NCBI GenBank assembly: GCA_003142475.1
Contig: PLMK01000025.1
Coordinates: 24,532 to 88,531, forward strand
From: Ignavibacteriota bacterium
GTDB taxonomy: Bacteria > Bacteroidota > Ignavibacteria > UBA10030
DNA length: 64,000 nucleotides
Direction: 5' to 3'
The translations under genes were made by a program, and so were the position numbers. Below are positions 41,801 through 48,151 of this stretch, one piece after another (within the stretch, counting starts at the first letter, position 1; each line of letters opens with the position of its first letter). Below the pieces are notes generated by a model, which was not told the DNA's origin, made no database searches, and saw only the letters and a list, made by a program, of their open reading frames with translations.

Positions 41801-41951
41801 TATTCAGCCGATTGTTCGGGACATGGAGGGACAGCAAGAGCTGCAGAATTTTCAGCGTGAGCGTGTGCGTCTTACCCGATCCTGCAGATGCAGAAACGAT
41901 AGTAAAATTAGGAAATTGAAGTTCGGTATCGTTTAAAAGAATGGAAGCCAC
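38871..41951 (-). CDS. AddA-like UvrD-family helicase with C-terminal PD-(D/E)XK nuclease
   Basis: Walker A SAGSGKTHTL, motif Ia AMTFTKNAAAEM, and a C-terminal VLDFKTG nuclease motif. Overlaps the AddB-like gene by 4 nt. Confidence 0.85.
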   Translation of the reverse strand: MASILLNDTELQFPNFTIVSASAGSGKTHTLTLKILQLLLSLHVPNNRLNNVLAMTFTKNAAAEMRQRVLEYLKRTFHGNKNILDQLCPLVSMDEANLRTRCGELIETILQDYSAFQVQTIDSFMARVFRASALEFGFSPTLEIVLNNRAILDAAFEQFVRELATDPSRQQLLEELTDILVESQNTSSRYIWNPFQKLSDEVRNLYNTLSAQSKEILPSSENGRSVNALRKEILDTFHQLHALVRDSGLETTKNFENVAAVAQAGEVDKLIELKSINKPVKTGKSKTEKEVTEEWNTRFAPLQEKFSSLAAEYVVQQAYHYYLPYVEAHKLFRGTIEQIMRRNGQVNLSDVNRTLLHYISEEIVPQVYFYLGDAIYHYLIDEFQDTAPVQWEAIKPLFAEALSKQGSLFVVGDTKQSIYAFRHADWRIMKNVMTNNVFPSAPPEVRELETNYRSFERILDFNKTVFHSIVPSVIDDDAPHASGLSMFKQEVEENNKKKGYVEVVSFEKDEEQEQERAKILEIVHDCHTRGYRYGDITILTPKNEHVVAVSGWLNGEHIPFISHSSLDIRGRAITDDIIALLRFLDSPIDDLAFATVLLSGTFHRALAADNVKLAQEELHSFLLQARRTEHPAPLYALFRLRYVDIWKQYFDELFRVVGYLPMYDLLSEIYKQFRLFEIAPEEEGALAKLLDVMNNFEEIGQNNLKDFLAFADDEADDADWNIAVPHGADAVSVMTIHKAKGLDNRVVIVLLVDSKLRSDNLFVEENADGVRLVHITQKNAAFDDTLQEIYNQHRIERAIDDLNKLYVAFTRAKEEMYVIGVKNEYSDEPSKFLPTSGYEPSVKPEVEKQKQSIEPAVPLYHSSVRVPVSNISSEKLALYERRRGDAIHDVLSQVEFADADVEMLISSSIKNVTGSWMQPADEERIKSSILEFLHSPEIAPFFVHIEGRKIMNEQEFVNPEGRLFRMDRIIVDKDTVTVLDFKTGDDKEGYTDQVQGYINILQNFYPGRTVRGVLAFMDRKKLRVVA

Positions 41952-41959
41952 AGATTAAT

Positions 41960-42541
41960 TTATTTCTTCTTCTTCGTTTTATATTTTACACTTGGTTCCT
42001 TCATTTGAAATCCGATCTGACGTTTTGGTTTTTCCGGCGGCTGCATTAATTGGCGGATGGCATCGAAGAGATTTTGAATTTCTGAATCATGTTGAATGAT
42101 TTTTGATTCAAGTTCTTTCAATTTTGCAGCAAGTTCTGTATTCGCTGACAGTATTTCCCGCAAGCGAACAAAAGCGCGAACCACAAGAATACTTGCCTTT
42201 ATTGCCGCATCGCTGTTGAGAACCGAAGCAAGCATAACAACGCCATGCTCGGTAAATGCATTGGGGAGGTACCGTCTCCCACCGCGCCCGATTACTTTTG
42301 AGGTTCCAAATTGGAACTTCAAAGAATTCCACTCATCAGGTGTAAGCTGAAAGAGAAAATCTTCCGGGAATCGGTGACGATTTCTTGCAACGGCTTTATT
42401 GAGAATCTTGGTTTGCACTCCATAGATTTCCGCCAAATGAAAATCGATCATCACTTTTTTGCCGCGAATGAGGAAAATTCGTTGTTCGATATGTTCTATT
42501 GGTACAATTGACTTATACCTCGAAAATGTTTTCTTTTTCAC
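41960..42541 (-). CDS. ORF6N-domain DNA-binding protein with C-terminal coiled coil
   Basis: RIFLIRGKKVMIDFHLAEIYGV...LPNAFTEHGVVMLASVL matches the ORF6N (KilA-N-related) domain architecture common in Bacteroidota. Confidence 0.65.
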   Translation of the reverse strand: MKKKTFSRYKSIVPIEHIEQRIFLIRGKKVMIDFHLAEIYGVQTKILNKAVARNRHRFPEDFLFQLTPDEWNSLKFQFGTSKVIGRGGRRYLPNAFTEHGVVMLASVLNSDAAIKASILVVRAFVRLREILSANTELAAKLKELESKIIQHDSEIQNLFDAIRQLMQPPEKPKRQIGFQMKEPSVKYKTKKKK

Positions 42542-42559
42542 TCACTCAGGACTACTTCT

Positions 42560-42796
42560 TTATAGATCCGCTGCCAAGATTAACCATTTTCCCGATATCG
42601 GCAAAATGGTTTGCAACAGGTTCGCCTGCATTTTCACACGATTTTTTGCTTTCTCTAGTGTGTTTTTGAAGTTGTCCCATTTACTGTACCCAAAAATATT
42701 TTGCAATTCCCTTGCGCTCCAGCATTCAATGCCGTTAAAGATATAGCATGTGTTTTCAAATTGCGCAAATAATTCTTCAATCTGCTTTTTTTTCAT
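42560..42796 (-). pseudogene. N-terminal fragment of a DinD / Bro-N-family (DNA-damage-inducible protein D-like) gene
   Basis: ELFAQFENTCYIFNGIECWSARELQNIFGYSKWDNFKNTLEKAK parallels the E. coli DinD N-terminus (...EFWSARDLAPLLGYRDWRNFQKVIARA). The frame ends after ~78 aa against ~270 aa expected. Confidence 0.5.
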
Positions 42797-42926
42797 AGCG
42801 TTCTTGCTTTACTTCCCCATCGCCTTTCTCCTAATCATTTATTTTACCAACTCTGCCCAGACAAAATGAGCAATGTTTTCGTGTGTCTTTCGGTCAAGAA
42901 TGGAATTCAAATGTGATTCTAATAAA

Positions 42927-43496
42927 TTATTTTCTCTGATCTGGATTCTCGCTGTCATAAAACCATTTTATTGGATTGTCGATAATATAATCGCGGATGT
43001 TTTGTGAATCTCTTTCATCATTAATGATGTGCTCATAAAATCGTGGTTGCCAGCGAAATTCATACCAACCATTACGCCGACACTCTGTAGTCACGGCAGC
43101 TTTGAAGGTTCGTATTACCACCGACAATGTTCCTCTTTTCGGCGAAATCCTTGTAGAGACGTTCAATTGAACGTCTCTACCATTTGGATTATTATCCATT
43201 TCACCCGATTGAACGTCTCTACGATTATCATCTATTATTATGATTCCGTGTATGTGATTTGGCATTATGACAAACTCATCCAATTCAATATTATGGAAAT
43301 GCTTCGGTATTTCTTCCCAGCAGCTTTTTACGATCCGACCAATGGGTGATAACTCGACATCCTCCTCTATTACCGTGCCAAATAGACATTTATGTTCATC
43401 TGTACAAATCGTTACAAAATATTCGCCTGGCAGGGAATAATCATATTCTTTCAGCCGTATCGATTCAATTCGAAATGTGTTTTTATATAACGTCAT
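42927..43496 (-). CDS. IS200/IS605-family HUH (Y1) transposase, REP-associated (RayT-like)
   Basis: HUH motif PNHIHGIII and a C-terminal WQPRFYEHII Tyr motif. Start placed at MTLYK (ATG at 43494-43496). The ORF stays open to 43544 through the upstream palindrome. Confidence 0.75.
   Translation of the reverse strand: MTLYKNTFRIESIRLKEYDYSLPGEYFVTICTDEHKCLFGTVIEEDVELSPIGRIVKSCWEEIPKHFHNIELDEFVIMPNHIHGIIIIDDNRRDVQSGEMDNNPNGRDVQLNVSTRISPKRGTLSVVIRTFKAAVTTECRRNGWYEFRWQPRFYEHIINDERDSQNIRDYIIDNPIKWFYDSENPDQRK
43153..43180. repeat. 28-bp perfect palindrome GTAGAGACGTTCAATTGAACGTCTCTAC inside the transposase ORF
   Basis: Verified base by base. Read in-frame it encodes NGRDVQLNVSTR. Confidence 0.8.
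43209..43222. repeat. extra half-site TTGAACGTCTCTAC (direct repeat of right palindrome arm)
   Basis: Identical 14 nt lying 29 nt from the full palindrome. It encodes ..RRDVQS. Confidence 0.6.
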
Positions 43497-43503
43497 ATTA
43501 TCT

Positions 43504-43531
43504 GTAGAGACGTAATATATTACGTCTCTAC
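43504..43531. repeat. 28-bp perfect palindrome GTAGAGACGTAATATATTACGTCTCTAC immediately 5' of the transposase start
   Basis: Same 10-bp arms (GTAGAGACGT/ACGTCTCTAC) and the same outer flanks (tg...ccat) as 43153-43180. It lies 7 nt upstream of the ATG. Confidence 0.8.
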
Positions 43532-43540
43532 CATGTAATA

Positions 43541-43789
43541 TCATTTCCCCATCAACTTCAACACAATCCCATCGATCTCCCCCATCTGTTCAATTGTAAA
43601 TGCGAGTATGTTGCAAATCTGCATAAACGTTTCTTGTTCCTGATAACTGAGCGTATTTACTTTTCGGTCACGGCGGGAGCGAAGCCATTTCTCTAATACT
43701 TGATAACCGCCGATTTCATATTTATGACATAAATATTTATTGAGCACTGGGGAAATTAAAACCAAGCAATTTCGCAATTGCATTGCCAA
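43541..43789 (-). pseudogene. C-terminal relic resembling the end of type IIG restriction-modification / BREX PglX-like N6-adenine methyltransferases
   Basis: HKYEIGGYQVLEKWLRSRRDRKVNTLSYQEQETFMQICNILAFTIEQMGEID fits the recalled C-terminal motif of MmeI-family/PglX proteins (..IGGYQVL.KWLK.R.GR.LS..DI.HYQKI..AL.ETI.LM.EID). Only 82 aa are present, and they overlap the 3' end of the pentapeptide gene in another frame. Confidence 0.4.
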
Positions 43790-45623
43790 TATTTACAATC
43801 TTGTCGAAGTTTTGAATGCCATAATTAGCAGCTTTTCCTAATGCACCTAAAACTGTCTTGGTTCTTAATCTAAGTTGTTCATTATCCCCTTTTTCTTTTT
43901 GCTCGATTAATATGTTTTTAATCTCTTCTTTAAGATGATCTATTTCAGCTTGGTGAGCTTTAGATTTAATGTTATCTAATTCGTCTGACAAGCTCGCCAA
44001 TTCAATCCCTACCTTAATATTATTTTCCATCTCAACATTCATTTCTTGATTTGAACTCTGTTGATTGTATATATTAATTGAAGCTGGGGGCTTGTTTTCT
44101 TTTAGAATAATTAAGTTGCGAAACCATTCTAGATCTCTTTTATATTCGGCTATTTGCATTTTAGATATTTCTAATGCGGTTTTATCTCGCCTTTGTTCAT
44201 CAATTAGACCATACAATATTCTTTTCCGAACTATAATATGTTCATCTCGATAATTCGTAATGAAGGATTCTTTTTGAATTGCACTCAATTTATTGTTTCT
44301 GAATTCATAGTTTATTTGATCAAATGGCTTAAATATATTTTCGATATAGTTTTGAAAAGTAACAGCAATGATATCTTTTTTCGTCTCATCTTTTGTAAGG
44401 AGGCTGAGCTTTGATTTTTCACCTTGCGGTTCAGTTGCGATGTCTACATTAATATCTTCGGTTGATCGTATATAATCTTTAAAGAAATTTATATAATTCA
44501 AGATGCCAGTTCGCACCTCAATTGGCAAGTCTAACAAGAAATTCCATTTATGAAATTGTTGAAAATAATCTATAAGGGTAAAATTTATATTGTCTTTATC
44601 TCCAAAATCTCCAGTTAATGGAATACGGGAATTAATTTTAGGAATAATTCTTGTCATCCCTGCTTCTTGAAACTCTTCATAATCAGTATATATAAACTTT
44701 GTCTTTGCACAAGTCTTGGAGTCAATGGAAATATTGTCGGAATAAATAGATTTGAGAACTGCACCTGTGAAATCACAGTTTATGAGAGATTTATTTGAAA
44801 AATCACAAAATATTAAAACGGAGTTTTTAAAGGAATAATTATGAAAGTTAATTATATCTTTAAAATTTGTTGAATGCAAAATTGTTCCATCAAGGTTAAT
44901 TCCAGAACCCTTAATGTTTTTCAGTGATGCAATCACTGTCTTGTTAAACACCACCTCATCTAAAAGTTTTGCATTCAAGAATAACAGTTGTCCGCGAAAC
45001 TCTGAATTGCTAAAATCAAGTTTCTTGTGAAATTCTGTTTTTGGGAAATCAGCATTCTTATAAAAAATACTGCTTTGAAAAACAACATCGTCAAGGAAAC
45101 AACGATCTTGAAAAACAGCGTTCTCGTGAAACTTACACCCATGAAATACTATTTTGTTTAAGACTTTATCCCCGATAAAAATTAACTTATTAAATTCTGT
45201 TCCAACGAATGAAACGCTATTATGAAATTTTGCACCTTGGAAGAAAGCTATACCTTTAAAGTTGGTCTTATGCGCAAACATGCCATTCTTAAAGAATGCA
45301 TTTTCGAAATCCGCCATGTCAGTGAATGTCGCCCAACGTATATCAACCATTTTATTAAACACTTTGTACTTTAAACTAATCTTAGGGAAAACAAATCCTC
45401 TGAAATTATATTCCATCATCTTGTTATTATTTTCTATCTGCTCTATAAGCAGATTAAAAGCACTATCGAATTGATTTGTCTTTTTGGAAATGTTCTCCGA
45501 ATGAAATATACAATAGGTATCATCTTCTAGCGACCGAAGTCCGCAAGAGAGGAGTTCTCCATTATTATCCTTCTTTTTAAAATTACACTTTCTTTGTGTT
45601 GACACCTTCAATTTATCAATCAT
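43737..45623 (-). CDS. pentapeptide-repeat protein with Cys-rich N-terminal motif and long C-terminal coiled coil
   Basis: About 55 consecutive pentapeptide repeats with a central Phe/Leu (ADFEN AFFKN GMFAH KTNFK GIAFF QGAKF ...). The N-terminus carries C-x16-C-x11-C-x2-H. The C-terminal ~230 aa are a charged coiled coil. The region is very AT-rich. Confidence 0.8.
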   Translation of the reverse strand: MIDKLKVSTQRKCNFKKKDNNGELLSCGLRSLEDDTYCIFHSENISKKTNQFDSAFNLLIEQIENNNKMMEYNFRGFVFPKISLKYKVFNKMVDIRWATFTDMADFENAFFKNGMFAHKTNFKGIAFFQGAKFHNSVSFVGTEFNKLIFIGDKVLNKIVFHGCKFHENAVFQDRCFLDDVVFQSSIFYKNADFPKTEFHKKLDFSNSEFRGQLLFLNAKLLDEVVFNKTVIASLKNIKGSGINLDGTILHSTNFKDIINFHNYSFKNSVLIFCDFSNKSLINCDFTGAVLKSIYSDNISIDSKTCAKTKFIYTDYEEFQEAGMTRIIPKINSRIPLTGDFGDKDNINFTLIDYFQQFHKWNFLLDLPIEVRTGILNYINFFKDYIRSTEDINVDIATEPQGEKSKLSLLTKDETKKDIIAVTFQNYIENIFKPFDQINYEFRNNKLSAIQKESFITNYRDEHIIVRKRILYGLIDEQRRDKTALEISKMQIAEYKRDLEWFRNLIILKENKPPASINIYNQQSSNQEMNVEMENNIKVGIELASLSDELDNIKSKAHQAEIDHLKEEIKNILIEQKEKGDNEQLRLRTKTVLGALGKAANYGIQNFDKIVNIGNAIAKLLGFNFPSAQ

Positions 45624-45650
45624 AATATAACCTCCCTCTTGATTTACCCA

Positions 45651-45851
45651 TCAATAGCCCATCCTTTTTCCATCATAAAGTCCAGTGTTCCTAAACATAT
45701 AACACGTTTTTGGCTCTTGAGTAATCTTGAGTTTCTTGTTCAGCTTCACGTCCTCGATTATATTTTCAAGTACCGTACGAGGAGTATGCTCTGTGCCTTT
45801 TGATGAACATTCTTTGAGTTTCTTAAAGTAGCTAATCCAGAGATCGGTCAT
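45651..45851 (-). CDS. small hypothetical protein upstream of pentapeptide-repeat gene
   Basis: 66-aa ORF lying 27 nt upstream in the same orientation. No recognised motif. Possibly co-transcribed. Confidence 0.3.
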   Translation of the reverse strand: MTDLWISYFKKLKECSSKGTEHTPRTVLENIIEDVKLNKKLKITQEPKTCYMFRNTGLYDGKRMGY

Positions 45852-46338
45852 AGGTAGATATGGTTTATAATTCGTTTATCAATCTTAAGGATTATTGTTA
45901 TTAACACGGAGTCAAAAATCCTATCAGCATTCGCCCAAAATGTAGCCAATAAGTTCGTGTGTTGCAACGATGAAGTACGGCAATGAGAGCCAAAATAATC
46001 ACAATTCTCCGGCAACATTCTTTCTCTTTGTGCATCTTCTATATGGAACGATGTAAATCGATTTGTATGAACATCAATTCTTGCGGCACAGAAAGAATTA
46101 CGCGGTGAGAACAGATACAGAGCTGGCTTTTAAATTTGTGGAAAAAAGAAGAAATGAAAAAAGATGTGTAATAATTTTAACATTGCTGTCAGGAGTTTCC
46201 TCCTAACAGCAATAAGTTCTTCAATGCCATACAATAATGTTTAGACGAAAGTCCCGTAACTACAGTCGGAAAATGGCATCTATGCAATACAACCTTTTTG
46301 ACGTGATAGTAGTAATGAACTTTCAGCGGGGTTAATGT

Positions 46339-47451
46339 TTATTGCGAAATATGAGTACTCAGTCCTATAGGAAGAATTTTCATTGTTACTCCTACTATGA
46401 AGTTTCCATGATCAGCCAATGTAATAAAGAGCCCAGGTGAGAAGTAAGATGATGAAATCACACCTGGATATACATTGAACCGAAACAGGCAATTCCTCGA
46501 TTCTGAGTATACGAGAGACATGAGTAGAGAATTATTTCGATCATAGTATATTCCAGCCATTGGTCCGGATTCAACTGTATTTGACGGCACACCATTTTGC
46601 ACCGGCAGGCTTCTCACACCTACGGATGCTAAGCCAGCGCCAAATGATATTGCATCTTCGGCATCTTTTTTAAACGATAATCCCAAAAGTACAAAGTTTC
46701 CGAAATGAAAGAATAGACTTGTAGATTTCGATTGTGTTATAGCATACTTCATTACAAAGTTCTGTCCTGGATTGCGGAAGGCAAGTGGAGTGAAAGAAAT
46801 TGCACATGGTTGAGACCAATCGTTTAGGTTTAACTCAGATGAAAAAAACTCACATACTTTATCAGAACTAAAAAGTAGAACTCCAAGAGGTTGAAATATG
46901 AGAAAGTCAGGAATGCAGTCTTCATTAGGGTAAATGCCCTGGCCGTTTTCTACCATCTCATTAAAGAATTCATACACCATTGCAGTCGCTGCACCCAGCA
47001 CATACGGAATCGGATAATCGTGATAATCGTACCATTCAGAAAGTTTGCGTGATTCCATTCCTCCACCTATGACATGAAGCGAATAATTAGGAACCCATTG
47101 CGTACGATCTCTATCGAGACTTGTTGGAAATATTTCTTGACTGAGGAACCGATTCCAGCCAAAGTCACTAATTACAGGAAGAGGAGAAGTGATACTTCGC
47201 CAAACACTTGTTGCACCGTTTTTCCATGGAATGGCGTCAAATGTGCTCGGCCGGTCGAGCTGTTGGTACGTATCACATCCTCCATTAATGAGGACTGATA
47301 GAGGATTATAGATTGCTTCTGAGCCATAATCATATGGCCGGAAAAAATAATAATTCTTTTCTTGTCCAAAGAGCATGCAAGATAAAAGCTGAATACAGAT
47401 AAAAATAATTGTACTTCTTCCTATAAATAGAGTGACCTGAGAATCTTTCAT
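46339..47451 (-). CDS. hypothetical secreted protein
   Basis: Signal-peptide-like N-terminus (IIFICIQLLSCMLFGQ). 370 aa, aromatic-rich, no recognisable domain. Confidence 0.45.
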   Translation of the reverse strand: MKDSQVTLFIGRSTIIFICIQLLSCMLFGQEKNYYFFRPYDYGSEAIYNPLSVLINGGCDTYQQLDRPSTFDAIPWKNGATSVWRSITSPLPVISDFGWNRFLSQEIFPTSLDRDRTQWVPNYSLHVIGGGMESRKLSEWYDYHDYPIPYVLGAATAMVYEFFNEMVENGQGIYPNEDCIPDFLIFQPLGVLLFSSDKVCEFFSSELNLNDWSQPCAISFTPLAFRNPGQNFVMKYAITQSKSTSLFFHFGNFVLLGLSFKKDAEDAISFGAGLASVGVRSLPVQNGVPSNTVESGPMAGIYYDRNNSLLMSLVYSESRNCLFRFNVYPGVISSSYFSPGLFITLADHGNFIVGVTMKILPIGLSTHISQ

Positions 47452-47829
47452 TTCCCGCTTATCTCCAAGATCATTCTAAGTTCTTTTTCCTGCATTCCAT
47501 CCTCTACTTTTATATTCTCACATGCAACCGACATGACGAATCCCTTGGTTCATTGTATCTGCTTCCCCATTTCACTGAGCATAAAAATCGTAACCGATGA
47601 TATTCTAAATAAATATGCCTAAAATTTACTCAAAATTCTGCAATTGTGTTATGATAAAAATCACACCGTCATAGTTGAAATGTTATCCCTTAAATGATAT
47701 TAAAACCAAATCACTTCATTTCCCGTCCAGAAAGCAACAGTTTTCCAGTGCGACGTTTTTGAATTCTAATCTTACTATCAGAAATTTCCTACTAAAAATT
47801 TCCAATGCTTTAAATATGCCAGCTTACGC

Positions 47830-48096
47830 TCAAAAAGGAACAAAGAGACCAATAATAATGAATGATGCAGTGCTTATACCAAGAGATCCAACGATGCTTG
47901 GTGTGAGACCCCACATATGATAGAATGCGAAAATAAGTGATGTACTAAAACCAAAAACAATATAATACGCAAATCCTGCCGATTGAGTATCGAAAATATT
48001 TCCTCCGTAATTCAACAAACCCGCAATCATACTCCCTATAAAACCAAGAAATATAATTAAACATAATCTCCATATTTCCCTAGGCCACTTTTTCAT
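47830..48096 (-). CDS. small two-TM membrane protein
   Basis: 88 aa with two long hydrophobic helices. Confidence 0.3.
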   Translation of the reverse strand: MKKWPREIWRLCLIIFLGFIGSMIAGLLNYGGNIFDTQSAGFAYYIVFGFSTSLIFAFYHMWGLTPSIVGSLGISTASFIIIGLFVPF

Positions 48097-48151
48097 AGTG
48101 TTCTATTTATATGTGAGATATGAATAGCTGCCATTCAATTGCACTGCCGTC

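Noticed and set aside
43153-43531. CRISPR array interpretation of the GTAGAGACGT palindromes
   Set aside because: There are only two full copies plus one half-site, with variable 8-bp centres. They are not regularly spaced, lie inside or adjacent to a transposase ORF, and no cas genes are present. They are REP-like, not CRISPR.
41960-43800. Intact prophage
   Set aside because: Only antirepressor-type fragments and an IS200-like transposase are present. No integrase, terminase, capsid or tail genes occur anywhere in the window.
46183-46212. 11/12-bp hairpin cattgctgtcagga-gtt-tcctaacagcaa as terminator of the 370-aa secreted protein gene
   Set aside because: The T-run on the relevant strand is ~20 nt away from the stem, and it lies ~130 nt beyond the stop. 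The call is ambiguous.
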